Assembly (NCBI GenBank): GCA_018396535.1
Contig: JAGTQC010000006.1
Span: 1-64,000, forward strand
Length of the DNA stretch: 64,000 nt
Reading direction: 5' to 3'
Source of the DNA: Candidatus Bathyarchaeota archaeon
GTDB taxonomy: Archaea; Thermoproteota; CALKCG01; B24; DRYS01
Shown here: piece by piece, positions 10,249-18,697 of the stretch
Layout of the letters: each line of letters starts with the position of its first letter
How positions within the stretch are numbered: the first letter of the stretch is position 1
Made by a program: the position numbers and the translations under genes
The notes under the pieces: model-generated
What the model saw: the letters and a program-made list of their open reading frames with translations, nothing else
Databases searched by the model: none
Told to the model about the DNA's origin: nothing

Positions 10249-11795
10249 ACTCTCTTAGCCCCACTCCTATATGCTTTAACCATAGCTTTAATATCCCCAC
10301 CATACACTCTACGGCATTCATCTATGAGCTTAAGAGTTTTTCTAATACCATACTTTATGATTATACTCATAAGATTGCAGAGAATTCTATTCCTAGCTGA
10401 GAGTTTGAAGTATTCGTTCATAAGTATAGGCGTCCATCTTAAGTTATGCTCCCAGCATTCCAATATAAGCTCTGAATGTTTAAGGGTTAAATCTTCAAGT
10501 TTAAAAGACCTAACCTTATCCTCTAGAGATCCAGCTGCTACGAAGAATAATGGTACTATAATACTTTTGAAGGATCTAAGATTCCTTACAAGCTCTATAC
10601 TATAATCTACATCTCTAGGCTCCTCGCCTGGAAGACCTATTATCATAGTGCCGCATGGAACCCAATTGTTATCTGAGAGTATCTGGAAAGCCTCTATGAC
10701 GACATCAGGCCAATCCTCAGGTCTAAACGGTTTACACTTCCCCCTCATATGTATGGACATAATTCTAGGACTACCAGTTTCTATACCGGTCTGCCCGCTT
10801 ATCCATTTATCCCTAGATAGGCCTAGAAGTGATGATAAATTCTCTATAAGTCTAGGTGTAGCTACCACTGTAGAGAGTGTGAAATGACTTATACTTACAC
10901 TAGTAACACCAGGTTCAGAGAGTACTGATTTAAAGAGTTTCATAACGGCTTCAGGATTAGCTTCTATACCTTTAGCACCATACCTTAGAACATCCTCGCC
11001 ATGTAGAAGCGGATTCCTACCACCCTTAACGGTAACCCTAACCTCTGCAAGTATATCCTCTATAGGTCTACACCTAAACTTTAGCATAGTAGGTACGCAG
11101 AAAGCGCATCCTCTACCACATCCTCTAGATATCTCGACTAAACCGCATACAGCTGGTCTTCTGATTATAGGCATCTCATCTACATCAACTACATCACCAT
11201 ACACGACGCTAGGGATATCATCTCCTTTAACAGCTTTCTCGAATAAAGGACCTACAACCTTCTCCCCCTCACCTATGACGACGCAATCGATACCAAACTT
11301 ACTACGAATAGCTTCATCTTCAAGCTGCCATGCACCTGGCCCACCGACGATAACCTTAATGTTCCTTCGATACTTAACTAGAGTTTGATTCGCTAGAAGC
11401 TCCCTAAACTTTATAGCCATATAGGCTTCTCCACCTAGTATCTCCGTGAACGTAGTCGTAGCAGGACCTATACCTAAAGGATCGTTTTCAGATAAACCTA
11501 CAACCCTAGTTGAATCCCCTATAAACCTATCTATATAATCTGGGTGAGCTACAGCTACCTCTTCCTCGCTGAAGCCGTAATCTAGAAGAGCAGCTTCTAT
11601 CTTTCTTAAACCATAGCTAGTATAGAGTGGGGAGCCATTCTTATCTACCTTAACAGAATGACAGAATATGTTAAAATAAGCCCAATCAGGTATGACACCC
11701 TTAGGTATACATGCACTAAAACCCATAAATATGGCTCCACCATACTCACTCATTAGAGTCCTATCAGATGTAAGTATAATTTTATATCCTCCCAA
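10212..11795 (-). CDS. Radical SAM protein with B12-binding-like N-terminal domain
   Basis: VGGPGAWQL, IGEGE, EISRGCGRGCAFC, GIETGS, IIGLPGE. Confidence 0.88.
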   Translation of the reverse strand: MGGYKIILTSDRTLMSEYGGAIFMGFSACIPKGVIPDWAYFNIFCHSVKVDKNGSPLYTSYGLRKIEAALLDYGFSEEEVAVAHPDYIDRFIGDSTRVVGLSENDPLGIGPATTTFTEILGGEAYMAIKFRELLANQTLVKYRRNIKVIVGGPGAWQLEDEAIRSKFGIDCVVIGEGEKVVGPLFEKAVKGDDIPSVVYGDVVDVDEMPIIRRPAVCGLVEISRGCGRGCAFCVPTMLKFRCRPIEDILAEVRVTVKGGRNPLLHGEDVLRYGAKGIEANPEAVMKLFKSVLSEPGVTSVSISHFTLSTVVATPRLIENLSSLLGLSRDKWISGQTGIETGSPRIMSIHMRGKCKPFRPEDWPDVVIEAFQILSDNNWVPCGTMIIGLPGEEPRDVDYSIELVRNLRSFKSIIVPLFFVAAGSLEDKVRSFKLEDLTLKHSELILECWEHNLRWTPILMNEYFKLSARNRILCNLMSIIIKYGIRKTLKLIDECRRVYGGDIKAMVKAYRSGAKRVYGETYPIPSTS

Positions 11796-11899
11796 GGATC
11801 ATCACCATAGATTTAAGTAGAGTAAAGTTTAATCTCCTCCAAAACTATATATGAGAGGAATATTAATGTCTTTCGCTTCATTAAATCGGTCTATTAGAG

Positions 11900-12265
11900 T
11901 TGAGAAATCTTAAGCCTGAAATATTTAGGAAAAGAGTCGTAGTAGAGGGTTTCTACGAAGTAGAGGTTGACGAAGAATTCATAGAGAGTTTCCTTATAGA
12001 GCTTAGTAGAAACCTAGGTATGGAGATCATAGTTGGCCCTATAGTATTCTCACCCGATAGATACTCTAAGCTTCACCATGGTGTAGGCGGATACATGGCT
12101 TGGGTTGGATCGGGTGTTTCGATATACACTTGGAGAGAGCATAGATTCTTCACATTGGATGTATATAGCTGTATAGATTTCGATGTAGCTAGACTAGTAT
12201 CCTATGTATCTTCTAAGCTTAGATGCAGCGATATCGTATGGTGTGAGGTAGGCTACGAAGATTAG
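11900..12265 (+). CDS. S-adenosylmethionine decarboxylase (SpeD)-like protein, divergent
   Basis: SpeD-like C-terminal pattern SIYTWREHRFFTLDVYSC; self-cleavage motif altered (GSG in place of ESH). Confidence 0.7.
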   Translation: MRNLKPEIFRKRVVVEGFYEVEVDEEFIESFLIELSRNLGMEIIVGPIVFSPDRYSKLHHGVGGYMAWVGSGVSIYTWREHRFFTLDVYSCIDFDVARLVSYVSSKLRCSDIVWCEVGYED

Positions 12266-12975
12266 ATCTCATATCCACTACTCCATAGATTCTCAGCGTA
12301 AACCGCTGCTTCAGAGCCATATATACTCGAAGCTATCATAACACTATACTCATGATCTCTGTTTAAAGAATCTTCGGTCCAATCATGACTGCCTAGTAGT
12401 ACATAGAATCTATCCACGACTAGTAGTCTACTATGCATAGCTCCGTCCGCATCAAGATGTATCCTCACAGGTATACCATACGATTTAAGCCTAGCTATAG
12501 TCTCAGGATATCTTAGACTCGTCTCTTTATCGAATAGGATTTTTACATCGACACCTTTAAGATATACGTATACTACCATATCTATTAGCTTATTGATACG
12601 GCAGCTTTCATCACTAGGTTTGTATTCAGCTAAATACATCAGGAGGTATACACTATTCTTCGCACTACATATCAATCTATATGCTTCCTCAAAATAGATT
12701 CTATCAGGTATGAATATAACTGATACGTTTATAGAATTTACCAGTTTACCATACTCGCTGTTAATGATATCTAAGGTTTTCTCTAGTTCTGAAATTCTTC
12801 TAGTTAACTCCAACCTAGCTTCCTCCATATAGGAGAGTTCCTCAGCCATATCCTCTAGGATCGATGCTAGCTTCATAATCTCGGGTTGAAGCTGGATGTA
12901 TGAAAATATATACCCTAGGATTAGACCTAGTATCAGCATCAAAATAGATAGGGTTACATAGCCGTATCTATGCAT
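12262..12975 (-). CDS. Membrane-anchored phospholipase D-like (HKD) domain protein
   Basis: N-terminal TM, coiled coil, then SAKNSV, GVDVKIL, HSRLLVVD...GSHDW. Confidence 0.8.
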   Translation of the reverse strand: MHRYGYVTLSILMLILGLILGYIFSYIQLQPEIMKLASILEDMAEELSYMEEARLELTRRISELEKTLDIINSEYGKLVNSINVSVIFIPDRIYFEEAYRLICSAKNSVYLLMYLAEYKPSDESCRINKLIDMVVYVYLKGVDVKILFDKETSLRYPETIARLKSYGIPVRIHLDADGAMHSRLLVVDRFYVLLGSHDWTEDSLNRDHEYSVMIASSIYGSEAAVYAENLWSSGYEI

Positions 12976-12981
12976 AATGTT

Positions 12982-13518
12982 TCACCCTTCTATAAGCTTT
13001 AAAATCTTCTTCCCCCTTTCCTGAGGTATAATCTTTAGTTTAGCAGATGTAAATTCTTTATAGAATTCTCTACCCTCGAATAATCTATCTAGGAATACTG
13101 CTAGAGCCGATACCTCTGAATGAGGCTGAGATGTTACTGCTACGTTTAAATCTGCAAGCTTATAAACTATACCAGGAACCTTCTCAGATCCTACTATCAC
13201 AAGTTTATCAGACGGATCCATCCTGATAGACTCGATAACATCTGGTAATGGAATACCATACATGGTTAAGTGTATTATTTTCCAACCACTTCTTTTATAA
13301 TCCTCGATAACTCTACGCCAATCTCTCTCATACCTAATAGTGAAGGGTCCACCCCAAACCTCTACGATCTTAGATAGGGTACTTAAAACGTTTTGATCCA
13401 TATCGCCTGATATTATGATTCCGTCAGCTCCGAAGGCTCTAGCAGCTAATCCTACATGGGTCGTTATCCTCTTATCCCTACTAATCCTGTGACCCATTCT
13501 CAGTACGTAAACCTTCAA
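12982..13518 (-). CDS. trm56: tRNA (cytidine(56)-2'-O)-methyltransferase
   Basis: LRMGHR..RDKRITTHVGLAARAFGA, HLTMYG, VGSEKVP, QPHSEVSALAVFLD. Confidence 0.96.
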   Translation of the reverse strand: MKVYVLRMGHRISRDKRITTHVGLAARAFGADGIIISGDMDQNVLSTLSKIVEVWGGPFTIRYERDWRRVIEDYKRSGWKIIHLTMYGIPLPDVIESIRMDPSDKLVIVGSEKVPGIVYKLADLNVAVTSQPHSEVSALAVFLDRLFEGREFYKEFTSAKLKIIPQERGKKILKLIEG

Positions 13519-14026
13519 CTTTACGTTTAACCCCGCTTTCGGATACTCCTAATACATCAGCTACGGTTAAGTTGAACTCAGATTCACCTATTAACCTAGA
13601 AGCATATGCTCTAGGTGGGGTTGCCTCGAATAGACTTATCTTTAAAACCTTCTCAAGTCTCCTAGCTAAATCTGAATCTGGTTTAAGCTTTCCAGCTTCT
13701 ATCCTCTGTATAACAGACGATTTCTCACCTATGATACGTGCTAGATCCTCTATCCTTAACCCCTGCTTCTCTCTAGCCTCCTTGATAACTCTACCATAAT
13801 CTTGTCTCAATACCCTTGATTCAAGCTCCACAGATATATCATCCCTCCTTATATTAGAACTTGTACTCGGCTTAGATTTAGCCGTAGTATAATTCTTCTT
13901 AATTTCACGTAATACTCTAGCTTTAGCCTTAGAGGCGCATTCACTACAAACATCGATTAAAGCCCCCTCAATCTCTATCTTTACAGTTCTAGACGCTTTC
14001 CTACCACATAACTCACAGATAGGCAT
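13481..14026 (-). CDS. mbf1: Multiprotein bridging factor aMBF1
   Basis: N-terminal Zn ribbon CELCG...VCSEC and a Cro-like HTH (IKEAREKQGL...IEAGKLKP). Confidence 0.93.
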   Translation of the reverse strand: MPICELCGRKASRTVKIEIEGALIDVCSECASKAKARVLREIKKNYTTAKSKPSTSSNIRRDDISVELESRVLRQDYGRVIKEAREKQGLRIEDLARIIGEKSSVIQRIEAGKLKPDSDLARRLEKVLKISLFEATPPRAYASRLIGESEFNLTVADVLGVSESGVKRKVEGLRTENGSQD

Positions 14027-14095
14027 GCCAGTATAATACTCCCCAAACAGACAGATTTATCTTTTAGTATACGCGATGGTAAATAATATTTCGGT

Positions 14096-14449
14096 ATGAG
14101 AACGTTATCGAGTAGAGATGCACGTAGATTGATGAAGCAGATGGGGTTGAAGGTTAGTGAACTCGCAGGGGTAAAGGAGGTAGTAATAAAGATGGAGGAT
14201 AAGGAGATAATCATAGAGAATCCATCGGTATCTGTATTAGAGGTTTCAGGGCAGAGGGTATTCCAGATTCTAGGTTCAGCTAAGGAGAGGGTTATCGAGA
14301 GAACCTGTATAAAGATATCGGAGGAAGATGCGCAACTAATCGCTGCTCAGTTAAATGTGCCTTTAGAGGAGGCTATAGCAGCGTTAAAGGAGACTTCCGG
14401 AGATATAGCTGAAGCTATAATGCTTATACAATCACGTAGAAGAATATAG
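14096..14449 (+). CDS. nac: Nascent polypeptide-associated complex protein
   Basis: RRLMKQMGL..ELAGVKEVVI, IIIENPSV, C-terminal UBA-like EDAQLIAAQ...GDIAEAI. Confidence 0.95.
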   Translation: MRTLSSRDARRLMKQMGLKVSELAGVKEVVIKMEDKEIIIENPSVSVLEVSGQRVFQILGSAKERVIERTCIKISEEDAQLIAAQLNVPLEEAIAALKETSGDIAEAIMLIQSRRRI

Positions 14450-14549
14450 ATCGCATATAGCTGTATACCATACCTGGTACTGGGTTAGGATAAGCATGCT
14501 ACTCAGGATATAGACTAATATGTCGAGTAGATAATAGTCTATCCTCGGT

Positions 14550-15533
14550 ATGGGTAGGATACGTGTAGCTACTATATGTCTAGCATCTAAGGGATACCCC
14601 ACCGTCGAAGAGAATCGTAGGTATGTGTTGAAACTCGTAGATAGAATCTTGAAGGTTAAACCTGATTTAGTATGTCTTCCAGAAGCATTCACGACATTCA
14701 CTATTAAAGGGTATAGATCTCTAGAAGAGCTTGCTGAAGAACTCGATGGGCCTACTATTAAGGTCTTCTCTAATAAAGCTATCGAGGGGGGCTGTTATAT
14801 CATCTGCCCCATAATAACTATGCATGATGGTGCTCTCTGGAATTCAGCTGTGGTAATAGATAGATCTGGGGATGTCGTCGGTGTATACGATAAAGTTCAC
14901 CCTGTAACTAGTACATACGATTACACCATCTTCGAAGATGGTGTAACACCGGGTAGAGATTACCCTGTATTCAATCTAGATTTCGGATGTATCGGTATAC
15001 AGATATGCTTCGATATATGCTTCCCCGAAGGTTGGATTGAGCTAGCGCGTAAAGGAGCTAGGATGGTATTTTGGGTCTCAGCCTATAATGGGGGATTCCC
15101 TCTACAAGCCTATGCCTGTCTTAACAGGTATTATGTAGTATCATCTGTTCGTACAGATCGATCTATGATAATAGATCCGTGCGGACGCATACTAGCAGAG
15201 ACGGACTCCATGATGAATATAGCATACTACGATTTAAGCTTAGATTATATGGTATGCCATTACGACTTCAACTATAGTATCCCAGACCTTATACTAGAGA
15301 AGTATAGCGATAGAATTAGGGTTAGATCGTATAGAGACGATGCTCTATTTATAGTCGAGTGTATGGATGAAGGATTAAGGATAGAGGATATCCAGAAGGA
15401 ATTTAACTTCGAAAGCTTTCAACAGTATATCGATAGGCATAGATACGCGTATAGATGCATCCATGAGGGTATAACCCCTCAACCTCAGAAAGCAGCTCAC
15501 GGATTCAGACCTCAGTATCAGAAATGGCTTTAA
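14550..15533 (+). CDS. Carbon-nitrogen hydrolase family protein
   Basis: LPEAF, YDKVHP, QICFD catalytic triad motifs. Confidence 0.9.
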   Translation: MGRIRVATICLASKGYPTVEENRRYVLKLVDRILKVKPDLVCLPEAFTTFTIKGYRSLEELAEELDGPTIKVFSNKAIEGGCYIICPIITMHDGALWNSAVVIDRSGDVVGVYDKVHPVTSTYDYTIFEDGVTPGRDYPVFNLDFGCIGIQICFDICFPEGWIELARKGARMVFWVSAYNGGFPLQAYACLNRYYVVSSVRTDRSMIIDPCGRILAETDSMMNIAYYDLSLDYMVCHYDFNYSIPDLILEKYSDRIRVRSYRDDALFIVECMDEGLRIEDIQKEFNFESFQQYIDRHRYAYRCIHEGITPQPQKAAHGFRPQYQKWL

Positions 15534-15581
15534 TAGAGCGAAAAATTGATAACCACCCCTTCACGTAGTAGAATATCGAGA

Positions 15582-15656
15582 GCGGTGGTGGTCTAGTCTG
15601 GTTAGGATAGGGGCCCCCCAAGCCCCTGATCGCGGGTTCAAATCCCGCCCACCGCA
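15582..15656 (+). tRNA. tRNA-Gly(CCC)
   Basis: GCGGTGG/CCACCGC-A acceptor; anticodon arm GGGGC-CCCCCAA-GCCCC; T-loop GGTTCAAATCC; has C at position 33. Confidence 0.93.
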
Positions 15657-15668
15657 TCAGATTTTAGG

Positions 15669-16814
15669 GTGATCTATATAGAGATGAAGCATAATTCTAG
15701 CTTCCCTATCTCGTCGGTTCTAGTTAAACCAGTCTCAGCTGATTGTAATCTTTCATGTACCTACTGCTTCTACCTATCTAAAGCTAGCCTATACCCCGAA
15801 GTTGAGGTTCATAGGATGGATGATGAAGTTTTAATGAAGCTTATGGCTCAAATCTTCTCTATACCTAGTGAGACTATATCATTCTGTTGGCAGGGTGGTG
15901 AACCAACTCTAGCTGGTATAGATTTCTATAGGAGAGCTCTGCGATACCAGCATATGTTTAAGTCATCATTCCAAATCGTAGAGAATAGTCTGCAAACGAA
16001 TGGTACACTCATAGATGATGATTGGGCTAGATTCCTATCTAGATATGATTTTCTAGTAGGTATAAGTCTCGATGGACCTAGAGAGGTGCATGATCGTTAT
16101 CGTAGGAATCGTGGAGGGTTAGGCTCCTATGAATCCGTTATTAGATGTATAGATACATTGCGTAGATACTCTGTGAAATTCAATATACTGACTGTAGTGA
16201 ATAATCTGAATGTTAGGGATCCTAAGGGGCTATACAGATTTATGGTGGATATGGGTTTCAAGTATCTTCAATTCATACCGTGTGTGGAGAAGGATCATGA
16301 TGGAAGGATAGCAGATTACTCGATAACACCGGAGGATTACGGTAGATTCCTATGCGAGTTATTCGATGAATGGTTTAACGATGGTAATCCTGAAACCTAT
16401 GTTAGGGATTTCGAAGATCTGCTTATATCCTATGTACTAGGTGATACACCCAGCTGTGTATTCGGGCATAGATGTGGTAGATACATTGTAGTAGAGTATA
16501 ATGGAGATGTATATCCATGCGATTTCTACGTCGATCGTAGATGGTTATTAGGGAATATAATGGAGGATAATCTAGAAGATATAGTTACAAGTGAGAAATT
16601 CATCGAATTTGCATCTATGAAAGATAAGCTTAGAGAACTGTGCAAAGACTGCATATGGTTAAGGTATTGTAATACTGGGTGTCCTAGACATTGGGAGGTT
16701 AGAAACTATTCTGAAAACTATCTTTGTAAATCCTATAGAATGTTTTTTGAGCATTCTCATGATAAATTTGTTTTACTCAAGAATTCTATCGAATCTAGTG
16801 GAAGTATAAGGTAA
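15669..16814 (+). CDS. Anaerobic sulfatase-maturating enzyme (radical SAM/SPASM)
   Basis: KPVSADCNLSCTYCFY, WQGGEPTL, QTNG, ISLDGP, GDVYPCDFYV and SPASM cysteines. Confidence 0.94.
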   Translation: MIYIEMKHNSSFPISSVLVKPVSADCNLSCTYCFYLSKASLYPEVEVHRMDDEVLMKLMAQIFSIPSETISFCWQGGEPTLAGIDFYRRALRYQHMFKSSFQIVENSLQTNGTLIDDDWARFLSRYDFLVGISLDGPREVHDRYRRNRGGLGSYESVIRCIDTLRRYSVKFNILTVVNNLNVRDPKGLYRFMVDMGFKYLQFIPCVEKDHDGRIADYSITPEDYGRFLCELFDEWFNDGNPETYVRDFEDLLISYVLGDTPSCVFGHRCGRYIVVEYNGDVYPCDFYVDRRWLLGNIMEDNLEDIVTSEKFIEFASMKDKLRELCKDCIWLRYCNTGCPRHWEVRNYSENYLCKSYRMFFEHSHDKFVLLKNSIESSGSIR

Positions 16815-16820
16815 TTTAGG

Positions 16821-18116
16821 CTATATAGGGAACGGGTCCATTTCATGCGGCTCATATGATCTAGGTGGGGTAACCTTAGCATCTAATGGAGGTGGGATAT
16901 AGCCTTGAATTAATAGTTGATCACATGTCTCCTTCATCCAGTTATGAAGCTTAGAACGTAGATACCTCAATATATCGCTATAATCTGGATCATTAGCTAA
17001 GTTAAGCCTCTCTATTGGATCTTTATCTAAGTCGAACAGCATCTCGATAGGCCGTATCCTATCGAAATATCCATATTTACGAGCAACTTCCTTAGATGGG
17101 CTTGGATCTACGTTAGGTGGAAACAAGTATGGCCGCCATTCGAAGCTCCTTATATACTTATATCGATCTGTTCTAACACCTCTAATGGGATCATAAGCTG
17201 CATGATATGTAAGCTCTAAGTAGACTTCGCTATGTATCCTATCAGTTTCACCTTTTATTATTGGGAGTATACTCCTGCCATGAATATCTGATGGTATAGG
17301 TATACCGCATACATCTAATATCGTAGGCATTATATCTATATTCGATAGGAGAGCATCGATTCTCCTACCCCCACAGAATGGTTCAGGTCCACGTATTATC
17401 AGAGCTACTTCTATTCCAGGATCGAAGAGTGTTGCTTTAGCTCCTGGGAAAGCTATACCATGATCCGTGGTATATACGAGTATCGTATCTTCGCATAATC
17501 CTGTATTCTCTAAAGTATCAAGTATACAACCTATACTTTCATCCATCCTACTGACGAGTAGGTTTAACCCACCGATATCTCTCCTAACATCAGGCTCATC
17601 AGGCAGATAGGGTAAAGGCTCTATGCTATCTATAGGCCCATCATATCCGGGGAATGGTCTATGGGTTTCAGAGAATCCTACCATAGCGAAGAACGGCTTT
17701 TCAGGCTTAGATTTCAGAAATTCAAGTAATAGAGGTGTGACATCGATGCACGAGTAGCTCTTACCCTTCACTATATTCTTATATCCTAGAAGACGTGGAT
17801 CTGGGGATTCGTGTTGGAAGCCGAACAGGTATGTTTGATAACCATTCTCAGCGAGTATAGTTGGTAGAAGTTTACATGTGCTAAGTTTAAAGCCTCTATG
17901 CGTCAAACCTATTAATCCATGGTTATGCGGATACAGCCCTGTCAATATAGATGCACGACTAGGACTACACTGTGGGGCTGTACAGTATACGTTAGTGAAG
18001 AGCACCCCATCCCTCGCCATCCTATCAAAGTTTGGTGTATCGACACGTACTCCATAACATCCTAGATGCCTACCAGTATCATGGGATACAATCATCAATA
18101 TATTCGGTCTACCCAT
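16821..18116 (-). CDS. Sulfatase (Cys-type, formylglycine-dependent)
   Basis: PNILMIVSHD, CSPSRASILTG (CxPxR), TTDHG, DIMPTILD. Confidence 0.95.
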   Translation of the reverse strand: MGRPNILMIVSHDTGRHLGCYGVRVDTPNFDRMARDGVLFTNVYCTAPQCSPSRASILTGLYPHNHGLIGLTHRGFKLSTCKLLPTILAENGYQTYLFGFQHESPDPRLLGYKNIVKGKSYSCIDVTPLLLEFLKSKPEKPFFAMVGFSETHRPFPGYDGPIDSIEPLPYLPDEPDVRRDIGGLNLLVSRMDESIGCILDTLENTGLCEDTILVYTTDHGIAFPGAKATLFDPGIEVALIIRGPEPFCGGRRIDALLSNIDIMPTILDVCGIPIPSDIHGRSILPIIKGETDRIHSEVYLELTYHAAYDPIRGVRTDRYKYIRSFEWRPYLFPPNVDPSPSKEVARKYGYFDRIRPIEMLFDLDKDPIERLNLANDPDYSDILRYLRSKLHNWMKETCDQLLIQGYIPPPLDAKVTPPRSYEPHEMDPFPI

Positions 18117-18372
18117 ATCAAACGGTACTTTTTAATAAATCGTAGCAAATTAAGCATTACTTCCCTACCACAAATACCGTCATCTACATTTCAGCATTGA
18201 TAGTTTACCATAACCATTTATCTTAAATCAAAATAACATACGAATAGGCTTAATCGAAAGATTGAAAGTTCAAACATGATTAGGAGGTATAGCTGCTGGA
18301 TTGAATACAATCCATTACTTTCTACACATAGGTTAGTAAAATCTATGAACTACGTAATCTTCCAATCTAAAC

Positions 18373-18540
18373 CTAGGATCCACCAGAATCTTCTGCAACT
18401 TCAAGTATCGTCGGAACCATATTTATGTGTGATACAGGATGGTAGAATATGCTATTCCTAGACATACTGTCAAACAATCTTACGATTAATAGTATCCTCT
18501 TAATCCTCTCATACATTGCCTGCCTTAGGGATAAATCCAT
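18373..18540 (-). pseudogene. Fragment of a degraded sulfatase-like gene
   Basis: Translates to ...AMYERIKRILLIVRL...HPVSHINMVPTILEVA, resembling the sulfatase 'MYE...PLIvR...vShiDl.PTiLe.A' segment. Confidence 0.5.
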
Positions 18541-18697
18541 GAGCTCAACCTTTCCCCACCATCCTCGTATTTACGCTTATAGATGATAGGTATCATGCAA
18601 CCTATTTTATGGTATATCAACCTGTCATATCATGATTGAAATAAAAGATAGGAGGTACTGTTGTATAGTCTCAGCTAGTATCGAACTACTATATCCA

